Shown in pieces: positions 51,901 through 64,000 of a stretch of 64,000 nucleotides of DNA (position 1 is the stretch's first letter; every line of letters begins with the position of its first letter). Location: positions 682,001 to 746,000 of the forward strand of contig JBBPEB010000023.1 in assembly GCA_039096225.1 (NCBI GenBank). The letters are read 5' to 3'. The DNA comes from Blastocystis sp. Blastoise (lineage: Eukaryota; Protista; Bigyra: Opalinata). A program made the position numbers and the translations under genes. The notes beneath the pieces were generated by a model, which saw nothing but the letters and a program-made list of their open reading frames with translations, had not been told where the DNA came from and made no database searches.

Positions 51901-52564
51901 TGACAGCAGAAAACAGCCTATTTGACAATGGAAAAACCAACAAATAGTGTCGAAAATGATGGAGATATTGTCATGCACGCGTCAATCATAGGTTGTGTTT
52001 AATATTAAAAAAGCTTATACATATGCTTTCTATTATATTACAAGCTATTTTAAAAATTATGCGTTTACAAAACACTTGGCTATAAATAATTTGCTGAAAA
52101 TTTTTTTCTCCAAATTAGAATACCATAAAAATATCGTTGTCACGTTTTAAAACTTATATATATATATCTATTTAATAAACAAATAACATTTAATGTTCAT
52201 ACATAACTATAGCTATGTTTTTAGTTCAAATAAGAAATTTTCTCTCCAAGACACACAAATTTTTTTTTATCGAAAATATATATTTTCTTCATAAAAATCT
52301 GAAATCGTTTTTGAATCTTTAAAAAATTAGAATAGTTGCATAAAATTTCATATATATTATTTATAAATGTAACAACTTGTTATAAATACAAAAAAAATTA
52401 TGTTTTTAATAATATATTGTTTATCGTTTAACTAAATCATTATATATATATATATTTACTAAAAAACTAACAAATTATATACAGCTTCAAAATCAATTAT
52501 TATTTCATAAAAGGCTACTCTTTGTAATATTTTTTGACAAAATATTTTGTTTAAATATTGTATA

Positions 52565-53257
52565 ATGAACTATTCTTACAGAAGGTATGATAATAGTATT
52601 TATATCTATTATTACTTTTATGATTTATATTCTATTTAATTAATTTATTCATTATTCTTTAGTTTGGTATTCATTGTAATCTTGATTATAACATTTGTTC
52701 CAATAGTGACGAGAGTTTTTCAAGTTAATTTTTTTTTTAATTCTTTAGGTAAAAATTTTTCTTCTCATTATTTAAATAATTCTTTTTTAAATAAAACTGA
52801 ATTCAAAATGAAAGTTTCACACAACAATTTTCATCCATTTGTAATCAATTCAATCAATGAAACAATTTTTTTTCATCCTTCTCTTATAATTGTAATTAAA
52901 ACAAAGAAGATAACAGAAAAAACACTTGAATTATCATTATTGAATTCTATTCATATTAATCGTCAACAAATATTTATTATTCAAACAAATACTCAAAAAG
53001 AATATCAATATTTTCCTTATGAATCTACAATCTGTTCTAATATTTCATTTCCTTATTGTATTTACACAAATTATGATCAAACTGATAATTTTTCATTCTT
53101 TTTATCTATTTTTTATCCTTCAGATTATATTTTATTTATAGATGAAGATCAATTAACTTTAGATATTAAAGAAAAATTAACTAATGAATGGCTTTTTAAT
53201 GCTATTAATTCTATTGAAAATAATAATATTAATTTATTTTCTTGTTCTTCTACAATT

Positions 53258-53332
<75 letters not shown>

Positions 53333-53497
53333 TTAAATGAGAATAATATACAATTAAATACTTGTTTATTAGTTAAACAAGGATTAATTAGAAAAATATT
53401 ATCTTATACATCAATTAATAAAAATATTATGAATGTAATGGATTATATTCCTTATTTCTTTCAAATAGAAAAGAAAACTATGTTTTATGATTCATTT

Positions 53498-53530
<33 letters not shown>

Positions 53531-54397
53531 AAAATTATTCATCCTTCTATTCTTCCTCAAATATTTAAATGTATTTATAATAATGATAATAAAAGTGATA
53601 ATTCACTTACTTTATTATTACCTATATATAAGAGAATAGCTTCTTTAAATGTACTAAATCTAATAGAAAATCAAACAAAGAAACCAGATATAATAGTAAT
53701 ATTACAAAATTTACATTATATAGAATTTCCAAAAGAAGCATTTTTAAATCGTACTATGCCTACTTATTATATATGGTGTAGTAATTGGAATAGTAAATAT
53801 CATATGAAAACATTTTTAGCTTCTATATTTACTACAACATTTGCAATGACAACAGATGATGATTTTTATATTGATGATTATAATGCTATAAATAATATTC
53901 TAGATTTATTAAAGAAAAGAGAATGCATGTATGGTATTACAGGAGGATTAAATTGGAGTAATCTAAAAGGTAAAAAATTCTTAAACCTGAAAAGAACAGA
54001 TTATATAGTTGATCATGCTGCAGTTATAGTATTTTTACGACCAAGAATGTCAAAAATTAATATGAGATATAAACAAGCTACTTATGACTATGGTGAAGAT
54101 ATTAGCTTAGGTGCTATAAATTATTTAGAATGTAATACAACTAGTCATAGGAATAGCTTTCATACTCATAATCATTCAGGTGACCAATTTCGAACTTTTG
54201 ATAAGAAAGATAATACGATGAATACAAATAGTTATAAAAACATATCTCTCCCAAAATTTAAAAATTTATTCATTAAAATGAATTACGAACAAGTGTATAA
54301 ATATTATATAAATATGGGATATAAAAGCTATTTCTACCGAATAAATAATGAAAAAGTTGAAAAAATTTATGATGGAAGGTTGCCTATTAAATACTAA
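52565..54397 (+). CDS. GT-A fold (GT2/GT64-like) glycosyltransferase, type II membrane protein, paralog 1
   Basis: ATG at 52565 and intron 52585-52662 lead in frame into the 577-aa ORF. Signal anchor; LLLPIYKR, ENQTKKPDIIV, TDDDF (DxD) and YGEDISL. Confidence 0.75.
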
Positions 54398-56528
54398 ATA
54401 TTATTATTCTTCATAATTTGTGTTCTTAAATAGAATTAATAAGAATTATTCAAAACTATATTTTTACAAATATATTTTTTATGATGTTTCATATAACTTG
54501 ATAAGCCTTCAATAATTTCCTTTTTATTTATTTATTTATATAATTTTAAATTCGTTAAAACAAACTTCTTATCACACAAAATCTTAATATATATGATTCA
54601 TAATTTTATGAAAACTTTGCTATGGTTATTTTGACTTTTATTCTGTATATTATAAAACAAAAAAAAATTATATAATTATGTATTCCAAATATTTTTTATA
54701 AAAATTGTTTTGATAAAATAGAAATTGCATTTGTTTTACAAAATATAGAAATGATATTGTAAAAAAAAATCAAATAATTTATTGCACATATAATTTATTT
54801 ATAATAATTTTACAATCATATATTTTTCTGTATAGTAAAAGAAAAGATTTAATTATTTTAGACTACTTGAAAAATATTTAATAATTTTTATTCTTGTAAA
54901 AAAAGTACTTATTTAGTATCACAACATTTTTATCGTTGTTTATTTTTATATTTCACACAATATTCAATATTTTAAAATGTATATAATTGCTTTTTCCTTG
55001 CAATATATATAATATATATAATATATATATATACTATTATACTAGATCTCTTTTCTTAAGTTTTTTTTGTTCATGAATTGTCACATATATCTGTGTTATT
55101 TTTTATCAATAATTTAATGCTATTTTTTTATATTAATCCATATTAAATCTGACTTCAAATGACTTTTTGTGAAATTCATTGCAACTATCTAAAAATATAG
55201 GGAAGACGCTGATTAAAATTTTACTAAATAATGCTGAATATTTATTTCACCATAGGATACTAAGCTTATTTAAGATTGTTCATGTGCTTTTTAACAAAAA
55301 CTATTAATTTTCTTTAAAAAAAATGAGTTTAAAAAAATGGTATACAAAAGAAATATTCTCAAAAACAATCAGCCAGAAACTAAGTCGGTATCATTTTTTT
55401 TTAAATTTTCTTTTAATATAGTGATAAATGATTTTTTAACTCTATGTATTTCAATATTCTTTATTAGGATATATATATATATATATTTTATTTGATTTTT
55501 TTAACATTAATAGCTTAGAAATGTTGACATATATCAATTAAAAAGTGTCAAAAGTTTTTCAAATTATGTGTAGACATATTATAAAGCAAATGAACTTACT
55601 GGTAATGTTTATATCAAGCAAAAAAAAACATACAGTCTATTTTTCAATAGCAAAATTTAACAAATTTTTAACAAATTGAAAAAACAAAAATGTCAAAAGA
55701 TACAAAAATCTGAAACTTGATTTTAAATTTTGTTTTACTTAAATAAAATGTATTTTTAATTTATTTTATTTCATGATATCTTTTTTATTTACGAAAAATA
55801 TATTATGGTATATGTTATATTTCCTTTTCTTTATATGACTTAATTGATTTCTTTATTTTAGAATTAAATATTTTTATTTTCAAAAACTTATTGTATTTTA
55901 AACAAGACTTATATTCCAAATGATCCAATTAGATCAAAAATACATTTTGTATCAAGTTATTTTGCCAGTTTTATTTATTTATTTACTTTTAGTTAGATTA
56001 TTAATTATTATTTATGGTGTTGTATTTCTTTTGTATTGGATCAACTATTGTGAATGTATATTTTTATTAATTAATATAATCAATAACTTGACAACATTAT
56101 ATGATATCTGATAAGAAATAACAAAAAAAATCAGTCTTTTTTATATGACTGAATAGAATATAAATGAAAATTTGATTACCAAAAGAATAAAAGGTGTAAC
56201 AATTTCTATGATATTTACTCTCCAGCAAAAAAACATAGAGAAAGACTGTGATATTTTAATTAAAAAAGAAAAAAAAATCATTACTTATCCTATAGCAAAT
56301 TTTCTATGGAAAAAGAATAAAAATATAAAATAATTATTATAAATTTATATTTTTATATAAGGAATAAATGAAATAAAATCATGAATTTTGTTATATTTTT
56401 TTAGACTTTTACATATATAATACATACATATTTAAATATAAGAAACAAAAGAGTGGTGGCTATTTTTATTCTTTTTTCTATAAAAATATTTTTGATTTTA
56501 TTATTTATTCATAGATATATTAATAGCA

Positions 56529-58108
56529 ATGTTTTATCTTTATTATGTTCTATTTTTTGGAATAATGCTATTTTTATTATATTTTCATTTTAATATGCAA
56601 ATGTATTCTAACAAGAAAATGACAATGAATACTTTTGCGCAATTAGAACATAGTAACTTATCATATTACGTAACTATGAGTGTTAAAAATACAAAACACA
56701 ATTCATCTGAATATATAGAATCATTTCGACAATATTCAAATGACGATTTTCATTTTCAAGGTATTGATTCAAATAATAAGATTTTATTTCTTATATGAAA
56801 CTATTATTATAATTGTATTAATCTATTATTATTTTTTTTATATTTTTAGAATTCAAAAATTATTATGAATGGGATTATGATGTAATGCAGTATTATATTG
56901 ATCCTAATAATACTTCATTTGAATCTTTTTTTGAATACTATAAGACAGTTCAAACAAGATGTGAGAACAAAACATTATCTAGAAATATTATTGTTTTTGA
57001 ACCTACCACCTCTGGAATGGGTAATAAGCTTTTAGGTTTATCATTAGCTATGTACTTTGCTATGATGACTAATAGCCACTTTATGAGTATGTAATTATAT
57101 AATGTAATTGAATTTTTTTTTTTTAATTATATTTCTTATATATTCTATATTTTGATCCTACTATTACTAAAGTTGTTTTATTTAAAAAATGTTTATAAAT
57201 ATAGTCTGTAATTGGCCTTCTTTTCCATTCTATTTCAATTTATCATTTCCTATAACTGTTACAGGTTGTAAAAGTATACATAATAATTATTAATATTATA
57301 TATATATATAACTTTTTAATAATAATTAGATGAAATTTGATTTCTATATATAGAATTAAACATTTCTAAAACTATATACTATACATCTCCATGTATAAAT
57401 CATGGCAATGCTATTTTCCCTCCTTTATCTACATTATTTAATACTTCTTTAACAAGAATAACAATAAATTGTGGTGTAATCGATAGAATTCAATTGAGTA
57501 ATCATATGAAAATGTTCCTTAATCTATATAATATTAATAGTAAAGAAAATAATCGTGTATTTATTAGGAGTAGAGTTTTACATAATTTTTTAAATTATAT
57601 GATATATCCAAGTAAGTATGTAGAAGATTCTATTAATGAGAAATATAAATCTTTTTCTTCTTATGATACAATTGGTATTCACTTACGTTTTGGGAAATAT
57701 TCAGATTTTAATAAAACCAAAGATAAAAATGATGTATTCCTAATTCCTTCAGATATTGATTATTTTATTTCAGTAGCAAAAATAATATCGAAAAGAATAA
57801 AAAGTAATAAAATAAAGTGGTATATCTCCTCAGACAGCACATTTTATAAGAATCAATTACAGCAACAATATCCAAACCAAGTTATTACTCTTAATACCAC
57901 AGTTATTCATTCTGGACTTTCCTCTATAACTGGCTATTCTAATGGTGTTGTTGATTCTATTTCAGAAATGTATTTGTTGTCCAAATGCAAATATATTATT
58001 CGTTATTCAGAAAGTTCATTCAGTTCTATTTCTTGTTCTCTTAAAGATGATGAAAATTGTGTCATTGTATATAAGAATAAAAAAACAAATAAATTAACAT
58101 TTAAATAG
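56529..58108 (+). CDS. GT-B fucosyltransferase-like protein (GT37/NodZ-like), 4 exons
   Basis: Signal anchor; SGMGNKLLGLSLAMYFAMMT, IGIHLRFG, WYISSDS and EMYLLSKCKYIIRYSESSFS match the conserved motifs of alpha-2/alpha-6 fucosyltransferases. Confidence 0.8.
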
Positions 58109-60369
58109 AATATTTTTTTATTTTAAAGATGATTGCGTATTTTTAGTCATAAATTTATAGATAGATTTGTACATTTTTTTTATAAATTATTATAGAGTTT
58201 TCTTATTATTATTTTTCTGGTATGATTTTTGATAATTTACAAATATCTATTTTTATTTATTCTTAAACAATAATGACTTTCCGATATTTTTAACATTCTA
58301 CCTTATTATGATCATTCTTTTATTTTTATATCTTGATTATTTGAGCTATTTTTTCTATTATTTATTAACTCACTAATTCTAGTATTGCTTTTATTGAATT
58401 TAGTAACAAAAAAATAATAACACTTGGTAAATGAATCTAGTCATAATTTATAGTATTCTTATTTATTAATAAATTTAGTTTTTTAATTATATAATTGTTA
58501 TTAATCTTAATAAAATGAAACTCAATTATTTGAAAAATAGTTAGGGAAATGCTAGTATAATTTCTAAGATATTTAAGAAGATTTTTAATATGTAATATTT
58601 TTATTAACTCAATAAAGAATAAAAAATTAATTATATAAATGTTTAAATTAGTAAAATATAATTTTAGATTATTATATATAATAAACTTAAGAAAACAATA
58701 TTCTAGGTATTTAGAAGTTAAATTAGATAAATAATATTTTAAAATTACTGAAAGATCTGGGAGTAGTATCACGTCAGCAATACATTATTTGATTTTTATG
58801 TGGATTCCAGAAATTTCTAAAGAATTTTTGGGTAGTGGTTTTTGCATTATTTAAAAGTCCCCAAAAAAATATATTCGTCTCTTGTATCGAAAAAAAAATG
58901 TGTATTTTATATACAATGCCTTTCAAACTGTTTGTGACACTTGATGTGACTGTCACAATAAGACAATTTCAATCAGAATTGATATGACTGATCATTAAAA
59001 AATTTTATTTCATTGTTAACACTTCTCAAGAGTGTCACAAATAATGTGGCACTTACTATCAAAAAAGAAACTCATAAAAGAGACAACTTAAGAATATAAA
59101 TATAAACATAAAGATGTTCTACATTCAAGTATAGTTTTTAAATAGTACATTTATAAATATAAATATCTAATTTCTTATTATAAATATTTAATAAAATAAC
59201 ATTTAAAAAGTAAGATAAAAAATATAAACTATTATAATAAATAAATATAAAAATAGAATAATTTAATTACAATAATAAAAAATAATTATTATAAAACTAT
59301 TATAAATACACAGTTAAATTTACAAATAGAACATAAAAAGTACTTTAGAGAATCAGAAATCCTTTTATGCTACAAAAAAGATTTATTAATCAAATAAAGC
59401 GTATTTAAAAAATAATAATATACAAAAAGTATTTTTGATCTGTTAGGCCATTTAGAATGACATACAATTCAATTTCATAATAGAGAGAGTTACATATCTT
59501 TAAAAGACCTGATACCTAAATAAATAAGTGAATAAAGTAAAATAGAATACAAAAGATTCAACAAGCCTGAAATGTAGACAATTTACCTAAATAGAAAATG
59601 ATATAAACAAATTCAATATATAATCATTCATCAAGTTCATAAAAAAAAAGTAAAATACCTGGTTTATATTTTTGTTGTTTTCTAGAAAAGATTTTGTTTT
59701 AATAAAAATTGACTGTCTAACTTTTCTTTATGTTTATTAATAAACATAATAAAATAAGTCATTCTATTTATATCATAAGTCTATATAGTCTATTAAATTC
59801 ATTTTGATACCTTTTTATAAAAAAAAAACAACATTTCCAAAACACTAATATTAAGAAAAACAGATCAGAAACGAGCACTTTTTATCAAATAAAGACTTTA
59901 TTGATAGAATATAAATACACAAAATTCATATTAACTCTATACGAGAAGAATAAAGAAGAATAGAAAAAGTATTATCGACTTTTATTTATTTTTCTTATAT
60001 TTTGGATAAATTCCTTCTCTAAACCATTTCTTAGAAGATCATTTTTGTAAGAAATATTATTAGACTATATTATAAAATCAACCAATCAAAACTTGTAAAT
60101 AGACCACCCTGCCTCATATTGTTAATTGGGAAACTATATGAAGTAAGAAATACTAATATGAAAAAATGTGTAAGTGCCAATTATAAAATAGTATGAAATG
60201 TTTATTAAATAAAAGAATTCAAAAATAAATATCACTCCTAATGATATAAACCAAATCAGTATTGATTGATTATTTCATAAGATGTCACTTATATATATAT
60301 ATATATAATACATAACATCAACAATTATTGTAAATATTTTTTGCTATGTCAGTATTATATTCATTTATT

Positions 60370-61026
60370 TATTATGTGACATCAGCATAATATTCCTATT
60401 TAATTCTGACATAAGCAAAAAATGCATATTATTTTGCTGACATCAACATTATATTAGTCTATTTATTAGTGACATCAGTATTATATTAGTCTGTTTATTA
60501 GTGACGTCAGTATTATATTCATTTATTTATTGTTGACGTCAACATTATATTATTCTATTTATTATGTGACGTCAATATTATATTAGTCTATTTATTGGTG
60601 ACATCAACATTATATTAGTCTATTTATTAGTGACATCAGTATTTTATTCATTTATTTATTGTTGACGTCAGTATTATACTATTCTATTTATTAGTGACGT
60701 CAACATTATATTAGTCTATTTATTAGTGACATCAGTATTTTATTCATTTATTTATTGTTGACGTCAGTATTATATTTCTATTTAATGCTGATATAAGCAT
60801 TATATTATATATTATTTTGCTGACATCAGTATTATATTTATTTATTTATTATGTGACGTCAGTATTATATTTATTTATTTATTATGTGACGTCAACATTA
60901 AATAATTCTATTTATTAGTGACGTCAATATTATATTATTCTATTTATTAGTGACATCAGTATTTTATTCATTTATTTATTAGTGACGTCAGTATTATATT
61001 CATTTATTTATTAATGACATCAGCAT
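60370..61026 (+). repeat. Tandem array of 21 units (30-33 bp, mode 32) with TGACGTCA/TGACATCA cores
   Basis: TGA core starts from 60377 to 61015: 10 x TGACGTCA, 9 x TGACATCA and 2 degenerate, separated by A/T-rich linkers. Confidence 0.95.
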
Positions 61027-61441
61027 ATATTTTTGTTGATATCTATAGTTTTACAAATCTTTGAATAATAGAACATACAAACATTTTGTATAATTATTTT
61101 TAATAGAATGACACAAAATATCAAAAAAATATGATTATTGTTTTAAAAACATCATTCTGTTCCTTTTTAGGTTTCAATTATCTAAATTTTATTTCTTTAT
61201 TATTTATATCAAAAAAATCACCAAAATTATGTAAATAAAAATTATATTTATTAAGAATTGAAAGGAATTATTTCATAAAACCATTTAATTACTAAATCTA
61301 TATATGACAAATATTGGTGATACAAAACTAATGTTCCTTTTATACTATTATACCTTTCAAAGCAACCAGTTTTGCATACAATATCAAACACAATAAAATA
61401 AACTTAGAATAATTTGAAAATATTAATACTAAGGACGATAT

Positions 61442-63147
61442 TTAAAAACTATATTTACCATCATATATATTTTTTACAGTAATATTACGAACTTTATAAT
61501 TATATGGAACAAATCCAATTGATACATAATAATGATAGAGTTTATGATAATCTAAGAATTGAATTTTTTGAAGAGTGGATTCACTAGTTAGACGAATATC
61601 TTTATATGTTTTTAACTCTGATTTTTTCTGATTAATCCAGTATTTTGATTTGAATTGATCCTTGTTAGTATCTTTTGTAGGAATATCAATGACATAACTT
61701 TTTGTTCCACATTCTATATTATTTGTTACACTAAAACCAACATCTTCTCCACTAGAATATGTAACTACTTTATATCTAAGAAATATTTTTGCTTTTTCGG
61801 GAGTAAAAAAGTATATACATCCACCATGATCAAATGATCCATCTTCATTTTTCATTTCTTTTAATGGCTTATAATTAAAATCTTTTAAATAATTAGCTCC
61901 ATATTTGGCATATATAGCATTATTATTGATATTTAACAATGATACTATATTTTGAAAAATGTCTTTTGATTGAATAAAATGATCATCATCATTACTAACA
62001 ACATATTTTGTATCAAAAATAGAAGAAGTAAACAATCTAGCATGATATTTCATATTCCAATTTGGAGACCATATATAATATACAGGAAATAAGGAATTAG
62101 AAAAAACAAAATCAGGTATTTCCATATAATGAAGACTTTGCTGAAATATTACATAACTTGGAAGAAATGTTTGAATTGAAAAACAATCAATCATTCTTTC
62201 AGCTGTATTTCTTTTAAACATAGGAATTATTACAGAAATTGTATCTGGTATTGATATATCTGTATAATTACAAGTAAATGATTGTATATCAGATTTAGGT
62301 AATTTCCTGTTATAATAAGATTTTCTTAAGAAATTATTTATTTTAATATTTTGTTTCTGATCTTTTAAATAAGAATAAATAGTATTCATTATTGAAGAAG
62401 ATTTAATATTTATTGTTGTATATGTTAATAATTTACGAATCCATTTTTGTTTTATTATTAAACATCCTGATAATGATTTATTATCATTATTTTCTGATAT
62501 TATACAAGAAAATAAATCGATTTGATTGTTTTCTAATGAATATATTGTTTCATCTAACCAATTTGATGTCATTTGATTCTGGATTTGAGTATTAATTTCA
62601 TTTTCATTAATATAAAATACATAATCTTCTTCATAATAAATAGATAACATGAAAGCATAATGATCTAAATCATCATAATTTTGAAAAATACAATAAGGAA
62701 ATGAAAAATCATTACAAATTGTATTTTTATAATTAATAGATGTAAAATTATTGTTTTTATCTGTTCGAATGATAAATATTTGATCAAATAATGATGTTCC
62801 ATTATAAAATGTAGTAATATCTAAAGTATTTGTAGTAATATTGTTAGTTTGAATGACTAATGCTATTTTCTTTTCAAGCTTCACTGATTGAAAACTATAC
62901 AGTTATTATAGATAAAATAATGATACTTTTCTTTGGAATTCTGACTATGTAAATTATTTAGTATTATTTTATTTGCATTGTGTACTATATATAATAATTA
63001 CTTATGACGCAGAATCTTTACACTTAACATTTGATGAAAAAGGTTTAAATATAACACTGCTGATGATTATATTTATTATTTCACATAGTAATAATAGCCT
63101 ATACATTCTAATTGTGTTATATAGATTAAATACCATAAGATGTACAT
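61442..63147 (-). CDS. GT-A fold (GT2/GT64-like) glycosyltransferase, paralog 2
   Basis: Colinear with 52565..54397 (FSFPYCI, VYYIWSPNWNMKYH, NDDDH, SGEDVG, IYDGK). The 5' model, using three short introns of about 35-42 nt from ATG 63147, is in frame but tentative. Confidence 0.75.
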
Positions 63148-63577
63148 ATTATTTTGTTTAATTTTAAAAACAATAATTTTTATTCCTTTACCAGATAATA
63201 TAAAGAATCATCGAAAAGGACACTCAAAAACATGACTATTTCTTACATATTTCTTACAAATATTTTAATATTTTCATCATTTTGTTATTATTTCTATTAT
63301 TGTTTTATATATAATTTTTGTATGCTGATAATATAGTTCACTGTATGGTCAATTTTTAAATTTATAAAAAATAAATAAGCCAATAAATGCTAATAATCAC
63401 TTATGTTTTAATTCCTTAGTTATTAACATCTTGTTATAAAAAAGGAATAAACAATATTAGAGAAAATAAATTTAAAGTTAGTAGTATTAATAAAAAAAGA
63501 TTAACTATATAGTAAGCAAACAAAAAGTAAAATGTTTATGAATGACACCGAATCTTGAAACTGTTTTTTTTTTCATA

Positions 63578-64000
63578 TTAATAACTTATATCATGATATT
63601 TTTTATAAAGTACAGTAACTTTTAGTCTAAATAGATATATAAGTACTTGTGTTTTATCAACATATATTTCTCTTGACATGTGTATTAATCCTGTACATGG
63701 TGAATCTACTAGTTCTGGTGCAATTGTATCATGATATTTCTCTCTACAATCGGTAGACATTAATGTAAAATTTGTTTCTGAAATGAATGAATGATATATA
63801 TCTGCCATTAATGCTAAATCTTGAAACCTAGTATCAAAGTTTAATGGAACTAATATATCTAATATTCCTGAAAAAGGTAACATGAAAATCAAATTTGTTG
63901 TTGCACCACCATCGACAAGCATAAATATATCTATATTATAATATATATTTAATTAGAATTTTAAATTTTTTTTATACCTGTGTTAACCATGGTTTCAACT
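63578..64000 (-). CDS. GT61-like (DUF563) glycosyltransferase, C-terminal part (runs off the window)
   Basis: Splicing intron 63977-63931 gives VETMVNTDIFMLVDGGATTNLIFMLPFSGILDI...FQDLALMADIYH, similar to the GT61 consensus ADIIVGPHGAGLTNLLFM...LA...Y. Confidence 0.6.

Noticed and set aside
51784-51990. Locally GC-richer patch with a 64-aa ORF
   Set aside because: No recognisable motif and no splice partners.
58741-58870. snRNA-like sequence (AATTTTTGG Sm-like site, GTAGTATC)
   Set aside because: No recognisable U1/U2/U4/U5 core beyond short words expected by chance. It would need an Infernal search.
58437-58956. Two adjacent minus-strand ORFs (111 aa and 60 aa)
   Set aside because: Non-ATG starts and I/K/N/F/Y-rich composition typical of random AT-rich DNA.
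48451-61026. Arrays as CRISPR loci
   Set aside because: The linkers are near-identical rather than unique spacers, the units are only about 31 bp in total, there are no cas genes, and the context is eukaryotic.

Overview
Extremely AT-rich, intron-containing eukaryotic (protist-like) DNA, not prokaryotic. Most ORFs in the supplied track are exon fragments or microsatellite artefacts, so I rebuilt the genes by hand across GT-AG introns using the standard code. The window has two compartments. (1) 1-41.4 kb is gene-dense and intron-rich: MFS transporter, SUV39/DIM-5-like H3K9 methyltransferase, GCIP/CCNDBP1-like, a large Asn-rich protein, Elongin C, PTAR1-like, DUF4460/TCAIM-like, a Ubl+ARM-repeat protein, RPB2, GRWD1/Rrb1 and an SDR. 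Its introns are mostly built from (TA)n/(TTA)n microsatellites with GTATAT...ATATAG ends. (2) 41.8-64 kb is gene-sparse and intron-poor, and the six genes I can call there are all glycosyltransferases: GT31, two fucosyltransferase-like, two paralogous GT-A proteins and a GT61-like. Top observations: (a) a 35-exon ARM-repeat gene in which 32 of 34 introns are phase 1 and 22 exons are 123-135 nt, about one repeat per exon, so exons could be skipped or shuffled in frame; (b) two related tandem arrays placing bZIP-type CRE/AP-1/MARE cores every 30-33 bp (about 3 helical turns) inside the glycosyltransferase island; (c) introns with self-complementary (UA)n ends instead of a polypyrimidine tract, plus one candidate GA-AG intron. 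The organism cannot be determined without a search; a Blastocystis-like gut stramenopile is a guess only. I recognised no tRNA, rRNA, CRISPR array or transposase.
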